Part shown: in pieces, positions 27,186 through 36,862 of the stretch | Numbering within the stretch: the first letter of the stretch is position 1 | Layout: each line of letters starts with the position of its first letter | The notes under the pieces: model-generated | Database searches by the model: none | Told to the model about the DNA's origin: nothing | What the model saw: the letters and a program-made list of their open reading frames with translations, nothing else | Made by a program: the position numbers and the translations under genes | From: a virus | Length of the DNA stretch: 64,000 nucleotides | Virus record (IMG/VR): IMGVR_UViG_3300049020_000031 | Coordinates: 1-64,000 of that record | Direction: 5' to 3' (one strand)

Positions 27186-27929
27186 TCAACAGTTTTTCAG
27201 TTGGAGTTTTAGAAATATGATATCTTTGCGGATCTCTTTGATCTTGTTTGAATATCTGATCATGGTGGCATCATTTATCGTCCAACATTCATAGAACGAC
27301 TCACAGCACAGAATCAGCAACTCAAGCATCCATTGAGGAACAAACGGTTGACTATCTTTTAGCAAAGCTATGAATTGATTTATCGTGGTATCGGAGCGAT
27401 GTGAGTCCACCGCATTGTTCTTCACAAGATGTGCTTTGAAATCATCTTTATTGAACAGTTCTTCCGGGAATTCCCAATCCACGAGATTATTCAAGGTGTC
27501 GATCCTTTTCTTTGATTCCAATGCATTGTGGATCTGGTGTTCCGATGCATGCATGCAAAATTCATAGCCAACATTGTCCTTTGCGTTATTGTTGATGGCG
27601 GTTATGGCATTTTGCAAAGAACGTTTGTGAAATCTTTCTACGATCCTGACGTGGTAATCAGTCACGTACTTCATCCTTTGTCTCCGCTCCTTGGTACCAA
27701 ATTGATAGTAGGGGAGTTGGGAAATATCCCCTTCCACACTATGGAAGAAAGTCGTTGGGAAGAATCTTGTTCCTATCAGATCGAAATTGCTATGTGGGGA
27801 ATACATGAGTTCAAAAAGGAATTGAGATGCCCATTCTTCCTTTGTGTGGCGGTAATACTCATGATTGAATCTACTCCGAGACCAGAACCATTCCGTGCAG
27901 ACGGCGTGAAACGGATGTGGTTTGATCAT
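27186..27929 (-). CDS. hypothetical protein
   Basis: 247 aa, ATGA coupling. Confidence 0.7.
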   Translation of the reverse strand: MIKPHPFHAVCTEWFWSRSRFNHEYYRHTKEEWASQFLFELMYSPHSNFDLIGTRFFPTTFFHSVEGDISQLPYYQFGTKERRQRMKYVTDYHVRIVERFHKRSLQNAITAINNNAKDNVGYEFCMHASEHQIHNALESKKRIDTLNNLVDWEFPEELFNKDDFKAHLVKNNAVDSHRSDTTINQFIALLKDSQPFVPQWMLELLILCCESFYECWTINDATMIRYSNKIKEIRKDIIFLKLQLKNC

Positions 27930-28375
27930 TGCCAGTTGACCTGATAGTCAATAGGGTTGAGAGTTTCCCAATACAAGGCATCGATAACATTGCGCCAATC
28001 CACATAGGGATCAAAGCCAGCCTTATCGTCGATCAGAATACTAAAGTAGAACTTCTTCGAGAAGTCGCCCGTGGTGGTGCTGGCCTCCAGTGGGTTCTCA
28101 TTGAAGAACGCGACCTTGATCATGTTGTCATCGAAGAACTTGATGATCTTTTGTTGTTCTTCTGGGTAGCAACCAGACCACAGAATGATCTTGGAATCTT
28201 CCCGGTCTGAAATTTTCTGTAACGCCCTGATTGTTTCTTCGTTGATGAATTCGTAGCTGCCGTTTTCGTAATTTGATTTCAGGCAGGTACCATGAAGATC
28301 AATTGCCCAGTAGATGGTGTCATAGCCACGCTCACGCTTTACGGTAAAGGCTCGTTCAATTGCTTTGCTGATCAT
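27926..28375 (-). CDS. HAD-superfamily phosphatase-like protein
   Basis: AIDLHGT, IILWS, NENP, K, ILIDDKAG. Confidence 0.75.
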   Translation of the reverse strand: MISKAIERAFTVKRERGYDTIYWAIDLHGTCLKSNYENGSYEFINEETIRALQKISDREDSKIILWSGCYPEEQQKIIKFFDDNMIKVAFFNENPLEASTTTGDFSKKFYFSILIDDKAGFDPYVDWRNVIDALYWETLNPIDYQVNWQ

Positions 28376-28494
28376 TTTGTTTTATCGAAATTGATTGCTC
28401 GAATTTGATGGAATATGAGGGCCACCACTTTGTTGCCGCCCAACGACACAAGACTGCATCAAGGCAACCACGATCATCACAAGAAAAATGCCCT

Positions 28495-28749
28495 TCATTT
28501 GCATGATATGGATACCCCATCTTTAAGATATTTGTCTATGACTATCATCCCGTCTTCAATGGCAAATGCCAATCGCACTTGGAGCATATCGGATTCATTC
28601 TCAAAAGTGAATGTTAAAATTGCACCAGGAGGAGTGTCAATATGCACCGGAACACCGGCCAGCCCACAGTAATGAACGATTCTGGCCACATTGTTGGCCA
28701 CCACTCTGGGGGCCAGGCCAGAGCAGTTAATTTTCAATTGATGAGCCAT
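28495..28749 (-). CDS. hypothetical protein (FKL-tail-like)
   Basis: FENESDMLQVRLAF. Confidence 0.55.
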   Translation of the reverse strand: MAHQLKINCSGLAPRVVANNVARIVHYCGLAGVPVHIDTPPGAILTFTFENESDMLQVRLAFAIEDGMIVIDKYLKDGVSISCK

Positions 28750-29167
28750 CCGAATGTTCTGCGTTGTATTGATCGACATGCTTGCATCGTCCTCGGAATC
28801 CAAAACCAGGACAAGTGCAAGTCTTCGTGCCGTCCCCAGAAATCGTGATTTGATAACTGTTGGAATTGCTTCCCTGAACTATAACATATTCCGGCATACT
28901 GGCTTTCAGTACTTCATGCGACGTGTAGTGGAATTTGTTGCCATTCCAGGAAAGAATGTTCTTGAACATGATGACTCGAAGATCAACCATGGGGTCGTCA
29001 CTGGTGATTCGAACGCTGTCATGTGGATCGTAATCCGCCTTGGGCAGAACTTCACCCTCGAAAGTAACAGTCTTGGGGATATGTTTGAACTTGCCAGGGA
29101 GCAGTGGGCTATTGTGCTTCACCGTGATAATGACTTTGTCACCAACTTTGATCTTTGTGTTTGCCAT
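28727..29167 (-). CDS. SWIM zinc-finger protein
   Basis: CTCPGFGFRGRCKH; RBS GGAG. Confidence 0.82.
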   Translation of the reverse strand: MANTKIKVGDKVIITVKHNSPLLPGKFKHIPKTVTFEGEVLPKADYDPHDSVRITSDDPMVDLRVIMFKNILSWNGNKFHYTSHEVLKASMPEYVIVQGSNSNSYQITISGDGTKTCTCPGFGFRGRCKHVDQYNAEHSDGSSIEN

Positions 29168-29271
29168 GTCAAGCTCCAAAATACGACAGCCAGATGATAC
29201 ACTCATCTGGCTGTTTCATCAAGTTGGATCAGAGATAAATTGGAGTACCAATCGTTACCCCTTCCAACAAC

Positions 29272-29772
29272 TTACACCAGGGTCAGTTGCTTTGCGTCAG
29301 CCTTCTTTGCGCGAGGCTTGCGGGTCTTCACAGGGGCAACCACCACCGGAGCAGGAGTGCTAACTACCATCTTCGCAGCCAGAGCACGACTTGCTGCCTT
29401 GATTTCATCAGCGGTCAGCTTGGCGGTCACACCATGACGCTTAGGGGCGCGCTTCATCTTGGGACGCTTCACTTGTTGTTCGCGAACTTCGAACATCAGC
29501 TTGATCAGAGCCGCATCTTCTTCGCTGCTCAGATAGATTTTGTCGATGAACACGTACTTTTCAGTGAACACCCCACCAACCTTCACGCTGTCTTCGTGGG
29601 TATAGCAGGTGATCTTGTAATAGCCTTGGCAGTGTTCACGGCACCAGGTCAGCACATCTTCTGGGTGCACCATGCTTTGACCGAACCAGAACTTGATCGG
29701 GAAAGCGTAGTAGAAACCAATGTTACCGAAACGTTCGCTGTTGTGGCCAAAGTCTTTGATCGTAGTGGACAT
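29272..29772 (-). CDS. hypothetical protein with basic C-tail
   Basis: WCREHC...SEEDAALIKLMF then Lys/Arg/Ala-rich tail; RBS AAGGA. Confidence 0.8.
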   Translation of the reverse strand: MSTTIKDFGHNSERFGNIGFYYAFPIKFWFGQSMVHPEDVLTWCREHCQGYYKITCYTHEDSVKVGGVFTEKYVFIDKIYLSSEEDAALIKLMFEVREQQVKRPKMKRAPKRHGVTAKLTADEIKAASRALAAKMVVSTPAPVVVAPVKTRKPRAKKADAKQLTLV

Positions 29773-29792
29773 TTTCGTTTCCTTCTATACTG

Positions 29793-29835
29793 TGTTGCGA
29801 TGTATGTATTCTAGTTCATTTGGCGAACAAGTCAA
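29793..29835 (-). promoter_or_regulatory. sigma70-like promoter with CCAAATGAA motif (near copy of 51322-51364)
   Basis: minus strand TTGACT-tgttcgCCAAATGAAc-TAGAAT. Confidence 0.8.
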
Positions 29836-29862
29836 CACCAGGTGAAGAAAAAGTTGAACTAT

Positions 29863-30567
29863 TTAAAACCAATCTTTGAACTTTTCCTGAAAAGCTGGTG
29901 CGGCGTCATAGGGCATCAATACTTCGATATAGAACTGATTTTCACCGGCGAATATTTCACCCTTCTTGGGGGCGGTGAAATATCCCGGCATCATTGCAAT
30001 TTTAGACAGTTCGATAACCCTACGAGCTGATTGTCCTATGACCCAAGAACCCTTGGGGATAATTTCCCCAGTGACCAAATCCTTCATTGGTGAACCACAG
30101 AATTCATAAAGCCAACTACAGAGAGCATCATATTGTTTCTGGGAGATGGTAGATGTGGAAAAGATCGCTCCATTTTTCCCCATACCTTCGACCTTAAAAA
30201 TACCATCCTTGGTATCAAATTGGAAAGGTATTGGGGGAATAACCGGTTCCGTTGTCAGCTCTGAGGTTGGCGAACTTTTGTATCTGGTTACTGCGGCCAT
30301 CCCCAGCAACCAGGCTTTTTTATCAGGATGCGTTTGTGAGGACAGATCTCTGAGATCTTGTCTTTGCTGTTTCACGAGCTCGGTATTCTTACCATCTAGA
30401 CTCACGGAGTCGAATGCCTTCAAAGCACCAATGATTTCTCCAAGACGAAATGCTTCTTCAAGAGAATTGAAGGATTGCAGAGCCTCAATGGTAAGCCGAT
30501 CCAGAGGGTCATTGACAGAAATTGGATCACCCTCTGGGGTTGTTCCAAATACGGTGATGGTCGTCAT
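29863..30567 (-). CDS. hypothetical protein
   Basis: 234 aa; RBS GAGG; motif promoter at 30611-30638. Confidence 0.75.
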   Translation of the reverse strand: MTTITVFGTTPEGDPISVNDPLDRLTIEALQSFNSLEEAFRLGEIIGALKAFDSVSLDGKNTELVKQQRQDLRDLSSQTHPDKKAWLLGMAAVTRYKSSPTSELTTEPVIPPIPFQFDTKDGIFKVEGMGKNGAIFSTSTISQKQYDALCSWLYEFCGSPMKDLVTGEIIPKGSWVIGQSARRVIELSKIAMMPGYFTAPKKGEIFAGENQFYIEVLMPYDAAPAFQEKFKDWF

Positions 30568-30669
30568 ATCGTGATTTCCTCGAAGTGATGTTCATACAAA
30601 AGATGAACACAGTCTACTTCATTTGGCTAAAAAATCAAGTAGTTACCGTTGTGTGAATTCAACGAACAA

Positions 30670-31107
30670 TCACCCAGTAAATTTCTTTTTCTTAGGGTTC
30701 TCAATATAGTAGCAATGTTCTTGGATGTGCCCTCTAGACTCCAGAGAACCATGGGGATAAACTTCGTATCCCAATATAGGCGCGTTGATCAAGTAAACCT
30801 TGTACCAATCATCATATTTCTGACATTCGAATTTGTTGTGCGCTTCTTCAACCGCTCGAAAGATGGTACTGGTTTTCCCCATCTGTCTAATTGCTGATAA
30901 CGGGATGAGGTTAGCTATCTTCTTATAATCTCTTGTTGAATCCCACATCGAATAGAGTTCTTGAACTGGAATAAGAGCTCTCAACCGTTCCTTCTCTTTA
31001 CTCACTTCAGTCGTCATACGGTCAATCGCGTGATCGTAATCTGAGTGGGTGGAAACTTGTTCTTCAAATACATTTCCGTGTGGAATTCGCATCAGCAAAT
31101 ATGCCAT
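30670..31107 (-). CDS. hypothetical protein
   Basis: 145 aa ORF. Confidence 0.65.
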   Translation of the reverse strand: MAYLLMRIPHGNVFEEQVSTHSDYDHAIDRMTTEVSKEKERLRALIPVQELYSMWDSTRDYKKIANLIPLSAIRQMGKTSTIFRAVEEAHNKFECQKYDDWYKVYLINAPILGYEVYPHGSLESRGHIQEHCYYIENPKKKKFTG

Positions 31108-31400
31108 CATTTCACCTGTAAGTAAAACTGAACCGCATCGATTTCATCCACGAACTGAACACTTGTGAAATAATTCCCACATTCAAGATTCCAACTTCCT
31201 TCTGGGAGGTGGTTCAACTCTTTCATTATGGCCATTTGCATGTATTTCTGGTATCCGGTATATCTCAAATCCTTCACTGCTATATGTTCAATCTGGACAA
31301 CATGGGAAAAAGATGGGCCATATCTCTTTACTATGACCGGTTCCAGTTTGGTCAGGTTAACGGTGAACTTGGCGAAATGTTCTTTGAATAGAATCATCAC
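31107..31400 (-). CDS. hypothetical protein (FKL-tail family)
   Basis: ends FVDEIDAVQFYLQVK. Confidence 0.68.
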   Translation of the reverse strand: MMILFKEHFAKFTVNLTKLEPVIVKRYGPSFSHVVQIEHIAVKDLRYTGYQKYMQMAIMKELNHLPEGSWNLECGNYFTSVQFVDEIDAVQFYLQVK

Positions 31401-31442
31401 ACATTATACTGGAAATGGCGAAAGCGGCTTAGCCGCTTTCCT

Positions 31443-31724
31443 TTAGAAGTGAGTCGTGTAGTTATTCACGATGTAATTCGATATGTCCCGTAGCCTGGCG
31501 TAGTTTTCACCCGGCGCTAAGTGTAGGACATTACGCCATCCGCTTTTCACCTTGGTGATGATGTCCATGAGTTCAGCATCGGTGATCGCATGGATGCGAA
31601 TCAGATCAGGACGTTTCAGCTTCACTTCCTTGAAGATCTGATTGGCAGTCAGAGGTTGTTCGCTCATACGGTAGAGGTTGTTGCGAACATCATATTCAAT
31701 CCGACCAGAGATTCTGATTGCCAT
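31443..31724 (-). CDS. hypothetical protein
   Basis: 93 aa; terminator GAAAGCGGC-TTA-GCCGCTTTC at 31420-31440. Confidence 0.68.
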   Translation of the reverse strand: MAIRISGRIEYDVRNNLYRMSEQPLTANQIFKEVKLKRPDLIRIHAITDAELMDIITKVKSGWRNVLHLAPGENYARLRDISNYIVNNYTTHF

Positions 31725-31726
31725 GA

Positions 31727-31954
31727 TTAACCCTTTGAGTTCAGGTGATCCAACCACATGGGTTTCACGGCTGAGCGAGTAGAAACTACTTTCGCAGCAT
31801 CGTCAGCTGACAACCCGGAGTCGTGAATCACTTCATCGTCAGACGTACCGTCCAGAACATCGCACAGAGAAAAAGCCACGTCGTTATAGGTTGGCAAACC
31901 CATGTCAGTTAGTGCCTTGTTGATATCAGCCAGTGTCAGTGTTGTTTGTGCCAT
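31727..31954 (-). CDS. hypothetical protein
   Basis: RBS AAGGAG; motif promoter at 31979-32006. Confidence 0.72.
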   Translation of the reverse strand: MAQTTLTLADINKALTDMGLPTYNDVAFSLCDVLDGTSDDEVIHDSGLSADDAAKVVSTRSAVKPMWLDHLNSKG

Positions 31955-32019
31955 AATTTTCTCCTTTGTGATAATCAAATTATAGTTCATCTGGCAGATT
32001 AGTCAACACTCACCATCAA

Positions 32020-32679
32020 TTAAGTTGGTGTGAAGTTGCTAGTTTGAGCAAAACCCTTGGTGATGGTCATCGGACCGTAATAGCCATTACCATTGAGGCT
32101 TTGGCCTGTTCTCGCACCGATTTCCCAGCTACTTGCCGTATAGTTTCTGAAGTCTGGTCTGGCCGCTGAAGTGGCTACCACAGTACCGTTCTTGAACATT
32201 CTAAAAATATTGGTTGTGACGTCATGTGACAAAGTCATGTTCACCCAAGTATTGAGCGTAGGCGTTTCAGTGTATGTAATAACATTGACTATCGCATCAC
32301 CACAATTCCAAGTACCAAAAGAACCGTAATACTGCAATGGATAGAACACATCTGCTCCAAATACACCCAAAAGGTTGTTGAATGTATTGGTTGATGGATA
32401 CAACCACCCACTTATGGTATATGAGTCAGTTCTGATGTTGAGAGATTTCGACAATGTGAAACGCAACCCGCCAGAAGAACCGACCATTCTCAACGAACCA
32501 TCCTGCCCTGGTCTAGTGACCGTCGTAGATATGCTGGCGCCACCAGCAACCGTGAATGCACCCGCGGTTCCTGTTGAATCTACCGGTACTACCGAGGTCC
32601 CGTTATTGGTAAACCCCAGAGAGAATATCACTTCTTGATTGGCTACCACTGTTGATTTCTTCTTACTAATGTATATCAT
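32020..32679 (-). CDS. LamG / concanavalin A-like lectin domain protein
   Basis: YTISGWLYP, LNTWVNM, FRMFKNG, WEIGA, NGYYGPMTITKG..NFTP. Confidence 0.78.
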   Translation of the reverse strand: MIYISKKKSTVVANQEVIFSLGFTNNGTSVVPVDSTGTAGAFTVAGGASISTTVTRPGQDGSLRMVGSSGGLRFTLSKSLNIRTDSYTISGWLYPSTNTFNNLLGVFGADVFYPLQYYGSFGTWNCGDAIVNVITYTETPTLNTWVNMTLSHDVTTNIFRMFKNGTVVATSAARPDFRNYTASSWEIGARTGQSLNGNGYYGPMTITKGFAQTSNFTPT

Positions 32680-32861
32680 AATTTCCTTCTTATGGCTAGA
32701 TGTCTAACTCTTTCTAATTCAAAAATCTCAGTGTCAAGCTCGTGATCTTCTTGATGCTTCTTCAGGAAAACCACACATTCATCAACAAAGGCTTCTATAT
32801 CCTGGATCGTAATCCGGGCGTCCTTACCCATATCTTCTATCAGTTTCAGTATCGAGCTCAT
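32676..32861 (-). CDS. hypothetical protein
   Basis: 61 aa, ATGA coupling. Confidence 0.55.
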   Translation of the reverse strand: MSSILKLIEDMGKDARITIQDIEAFVDECVVFLKKHQEDHELDTEIFELERVRHLAIRRKL

Positions 32862-33330
32862 TGCATTCCTGGAACGTGTATGGTTGCAACCTGCTTTTAA
32901 TCTTCACAGGGGTGACCACCAGTCCGTAATCTCTGGCACTATTCACCAGCATGTGATATTTATGGTCGCAGTAACGCGCCAACATGGTGAAATATATGTG
33001 AACGAATATGCCACCATGCATCACATTGCCCCAAGGATCAATCAAACCGGATATGTTGTGCGCGAGTTCATGCGTAATCACCGTGATGTTTCTGCTCCAG
33101 CGGGGCATTGAAATGACCCCAGTTTCAGATCGAGCAGATATTGAACCCCGACCATCACGAACTCTTGGCGGCTCCAGGTTAATACCCAGGTCACCCCATA
33201 TTTCATTTACGTGTCTTTGGCATCCATCTAGAGTCAGGTAGGTTCTTTTGCAATCTGGGAGGACTGAATCTTCCCAGGAATAGAACGGAAATGTCTGATC
33301 CATCGATACCGATGATCTCATCACAGTCAT
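32824..33330 (-). CDS. SprT-like HEXXH metallopeptidase domain protein
   Basis: ITHELAH...HGGIF. Confidence 0.72.
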   Translation of the reverse strand: MTVMRSSVSMDQTFPFYSWEDSVLPDCKRTYLTLDGCQRHVNEIWGDLGINLEPPRVRDGRGSISARSETGVISMPRWSRNITVITHELAHNISGLIDPWGNVMHGGIFVHIYFTMLARYCDHKYHMLVNSARDYGLVVTPVKIKSRLQPYTFQECNELDTETDRRYG

Positions 33331-33428
33331 GACGAAGCCTCCCCTATACCCAACACTTTACTGGATATTTAAGGGGAGGCCAGGGACCTATAACAACCAC
33401 GTTTGTGTGGTTGTTGAGTTGCAGGAGC

Positions 33429-33869
33429 TTAGGCTGCTGACGGCTCTTGGCTTGCGTCGCCGGATACTTCCTTGACGATCACATCGTTGGTTTTGGTGAT
33501 TTCATGAGTGTCAGATGCTTGTGGGGCTTGGTACTCGGAGACCGTGAACGTTTCTTCGGTCTGATCTTCGGCTTCCAAGGCTTTGACTGTAAACCAGCCA
33601 TAGCCAACGTCCACCAGCTTGTAGGTGGTGCCAATCTCGAGAGCCGGTGCACCTGCAGCGGCCACATCAGCATCGTCGATTTGAACTTCAGATGTTCCAC
33701 CATCACGGAGAGCCACCATCACCTTGGTGTTCTTGCCGCTGACTCGATAGCTGGGGCGCAGAGCCAAGTAGGCTTGGCCACCACGAGTCAGGCTCTTGAG
33801 GCGGAGTCGGGTATTGGAACCCAGGAGTGAAGTTGCTTGTTTGTTGAGAGTAAGAGCTAGCACGGTCAT
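33429..33869 (-). CDS. hypothetical protein (paralog of 19023..19430)
   Basis: LALTLNKQA...RDGG...GTTY..VGYGW. Confidence 0.72.
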   Translation of the reverse strand: MTVLALTLNKQATSLLGSNTRLRLKSLTRGGQAYLALRPSYRVSGKNTKVMVALRDGGTSEVQIDDADVAAAGAPALEIGTTYKLVDVGYGWFTVKALEAEDQTEETFTVSEYQAPQASDTHEITKTNDVIVKEVSGDASQEPSAA

Positions 33870-34078
33870 CGGAGGGATCCCTTCTGAAGTAAAACGAATG
33901 AAAAGTATGACTAATGAAATATCATCAGCCGCAATTGAATTTAACACAGTTCATTCATTTGTCAAAGCATTTTCAGCGCTAATTGAACATTTTTCAAGTA
34001 AGCAAAACTTTACATTACCTTGGTAGAAAATCGAGGATTCAATCACATAAATAGAAACATTAAAGGAGGCTTTTTGCC

Positions 34079-34789
34079 ATGAACTTTCTCACTAAACTGT
34101 TTCAGAAAATTACCGCTCTGCTTCTGGGTAAGAAGCGTGAACCAGACTTGACCGAAGCCATCAAGGTCAAGTATCCAGATGCTCTTTATATCAAGGACAT
34201 TTTCCCTGCATCCACTTTGAACATCGAATTCGTAGTTCTCCCAAGTGTAGCAGATGGTGGCCTTCCTGATGATCTCAAGGAAGTCATTCAACGTAAGGAC
34301 GGATATGTCACCGTGGTATTCACTGGTGAAACTGCCGTGGCAGTTGCTGCCCTGAAGGATGACCCAGCAAGCGTTGCTGAAATCCTGACTGACAAGCTGT
34401 TGTCTATGACAACCATTGACGAAACGATCGTCAAGGTTCTGGATCAACTGACAGAAGCATACAACAAGATTATCCCAGGCAAGAAGCTGGCCGAAGACGC
34501 TCTGATGAAGAAGCTGTTGGGTATGGCTGCTGCTCTGATGAAGCGTAGCGAGACTTTTGCCTCAGCGAAAGAACTGTATGCCGCTCTGTTGTCAACTGTG
34601 CTGGTAAACGGCCACGTTCAAATCGAATTGCCAGAAAAGCTGGAAGGCAAGTTGGCTAAGTTGGGTCTGGCTAAGCTGGCTGAAAAGAATGAAACCGCTG
34701 CTTTGGCAGTTAAGATGTTGGAAGGTCAAATCAACAACATCCTGGAAGCTGTTCTGAAGAACCTGAAGGGTGACGTAGTAGTCGTCTAA
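34079..34789 (+). CDS. hypothetical protein
   Basis: 236 aa; RBS AAGGAGG; TAAATA at 34048; biased codons. Confidence 0.8.
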   Translation: MNFLTKLFQKITALLLGKKREPDLTEAIKVKYPDALYIKDIFPASTLNIEFVVLPSVADGGLPDDLKEVIQRKDGYVTVVFTGETAVAVAALKDDPASVAEILTDKLLSMTTIDETIVKVLDQLTEAYNKIIPGKKLAEDALMKKLLGMAAALMKRSETFASAKELYAALLSTVLVNGHVQIELPEKLEGKLAKLGLAKLAEKNETAALAVKMLEGQINNILEAVLKNLKGDVVVV

Positions 34790-34803
34790 GGTTTTACCAA
34801 AAT

Positions 34804-34831
34804 AAAAGATCCCACATCGTGGGATCTTTTT
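34804..34831. terminator. bidirectional intrinsic terminator
   Basis: AAAAGATCCCAC-ATC-GTGGGATCTTTT between convergent genes. Confidence 0.8.
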
Positions 34832-35076
34832 CATGGAAGAAATTTGTATGAAGTCATCGCCATTCTGAATCCATACACATCAGCCTCGTCGTACAAATAT
34901 ACTAGACTGAATGACATCCGCGCGAGTTGATGGTAAGAACCATCAGGAAGCCCATTCAAATATTCCGTGACTTCAGTTCCTGGGAACTGAATCATGAATA
35001 CCCCCGCTGGTTCCCTTTCATCCCCAGGAAACCGGTCTAATGGTTTCTTGGGTTTTATCAGGGCGAAATGGATCAT
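34831..35076 (-). CDS. hypothetical protein (FKL-tail-like)
   Basis: YLYDEADVYGFRMAM. Confidence 0.6.
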   Translation of the reverse strand: MIHFALIKPKKPLDRFPGDEREPAGVFMIQFPGTEVTEYLNGLPDGSYHQLARMSFSLVYLYDEADVYGFRMAMTSYKFLP

Positions 35077-35465
35077 CAAATCTTCGAGATATCACCCAGA
35101 AGAGCTGGCAGTTCCTTTTCACCAAAGAAACTATGCAGAACTTCACTCATCTTGATGACCTTCTGAACAACCAGATAGGGCTCTTGACCCAGGATGTCTG
35201 GGATCTGGGTGGAATCAAGGAACGTGGCCAGTGGCATTTCAACATTGTACTTGTTGAGGGCACCGTTATTGTGTGAACCAGTAGCAGTCGATTTGGTAAC
35301 CGTACCAAACGAAAGTTTCACCAACGAACCAGTGACAATCATTTCGATTTCACGGTACACCTTGGCCGATGGATTCAGTGCCAGTTCTTTATCAGCACCG
35401 GGGGTTTTCACATACTTGACGAACTTGATTTCTGCGACGTTCAGGAGTTCTTCTACTTGGGACAT
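35076..35465 (-). CDS. hypothetical protein
   Basis: RBS AAGGA; promoter with inverted motif at 35501-35528. Confidence 0.72.
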   Translation of the reverse strand: MSQVEELLNVAEIKFVKYVKTPGADKELALNPSAKVYREIEMIVTGSLVKLSFGTVTKSTATGSHNNGALNKYNVEMPLATFLDSTQIPDILGQEPYLVVQKVIKMSEVLHSFFGEKELPALLGDISKI

Positions 35466-35524
35466 CGTGGTTTCCTTAAAAGGGTTGTTGCGTTGACTCA
35501 ACTATAACACCAAATGAATAGAGA

Positions 35525-36862
35525 TCAACGTTTTTTCATTTGCTGTTCTGCCACACCGAACGCCGTATAGTCAAACTTTAGATCGACAGCTTGTTTTGAA
35601 TCAAGAGCATTTGTGACATCATAGATGAATCTAGATCTCATGGTGAGCATCAGGGAGTTGAGTTCGATTTCTTTAAATTCTGGCTCATGGGTCATCACAA
35701 CCAACAGATCACTATCGACCACACTGTCGTAAGGGTCGAAATATTCGATGCCACGACTATGGGTCATTTGAGCACCATTGGGATCGTAGTATCGAACTTC
35801 AAAATTTCTAGATGAAAACCATTGAGCAACTTTCATTGATGGTGACTCTCTGGTATCGGCAGAACCAGCTTTGAATCCCATCCCCCAGAAGGTAATGGTT
35901 TTGCCCTTGTTTCCGTTCTTCTCCAGAATCCGTTTCACTTCACTAATTATGTGATGTGCGGCATTGTTGTTGCTTGAAACTATTTGATTCACCATACTCT
36001 CATGCATTGCATTGTTGGCGATTTGTGACCCAAGGGCATGTACATCCTTGGGTAGACAATAACCACCAAAACCAGGACCATGTTTCAAATATTGATCTCC
36101 GATTCGTGGATCAATGGAAATTCCAGTCACGACATCACGAATGTCAGCATCGTAGTTTTCACACAGTTGTGCCAACTCATTCACCATAGCGATACGAGCT
36201 GCTAAAAAGGTGTTCGCAGCCAGCTTGGTTATGACAGCGGAATTGAAACTCATGGGGATGATTGGTGCCCCATTTGCCAGCACCTCGATGACATCGACTA
36301 CATGGGGTTCAAGTGAGTCAAGGGTGCTGGTGGTGGTCCCTACCACCAGCCTATGGGGATGGTTAGCATCATGTAGTGCCTTACCTTCCTGAAAGAATTC
36401 CGGGAGTACCACTAGGCTGGCGAATGTTTTCTCAGGCTCCTTTAGGATATTCTGAATCGTATCCACGGCCATGGTAGAACGAACGAATACATAATGTGGG
36501 GAAATTTCTGTTTCCTTGAGGCCATACCTACAGCTATTGAATACGGATGAGATGGCATAAGAATCAAGATGTGTGCGGACTGACTGTGGTGTACCAACAC
36601 AGATGAACACCAACATACTCTCGTCCATTTCTTCAGGCCAGAAATTATTTTTGTGATCTCTACAGATCTCCAGAGACCCGTCAGAGATAAGTTCTGAAAC
36701 CGCCTCCTTGACTCCAGGCTCATCGATGTGGCAGTCACCATTCAAGAGTTTGCTGATGACCGTTTTGTTCGTGTCAAACCCGATGACTTTGTATCCAGAT
36801 TTGGCGAGGGTGATAGCGGTCGCCAATCCTGAATAACCCAGACCAAACACAGCCGCTCTCAT
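35525..36862 (-). CDS. ugd: UDP-glucose/GDP-mannose dehydrogenase family protein
   Basis: GLGYSG, ICVGTP, RST, PEFFQEG, KLAAN, GPGFGGYCLPKD, FK..SAD.RESP. Confidence 0.93.
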   Translation of the reverse strand: MRAAVFGLGYSGLATAITLAKSGYKVIGFDTNKTVISKLLNGDCHIDEPGVKEAVSELISDGSLEICRDHKNNFWPEEMDESMLVFICVGTPQSVRTHLDSYAISSVFNSCRYGLKETEISPHYVFVRSTMAVDTIQNILKEPEKTFASLVVLPEFFQEGKALHDANHPHRLVVGTTTSTLDSLEPHVVDVIEVLANGAPIIPMSFNSAVITKLAANTFLAARIAMVNELAQLCENYDADIRDVVTGISIDPRIGDQYLKHGPGFGGYCLPKDVHALGSQIANNAMHESMVNQIVSSNNNAAHHIISEVKRILEKNGNKGKTITFWGMGFKAGSADTRESPSMKVAQWFSSRNFEVRYYDPNGAQMTHSRGIEYFDPYDSVVDSDLLVVMTHEPEFKEIELNSLMLTMRSRFIYDVTNALDSKQAVDLKFDYTAFGVAEQQMKKR

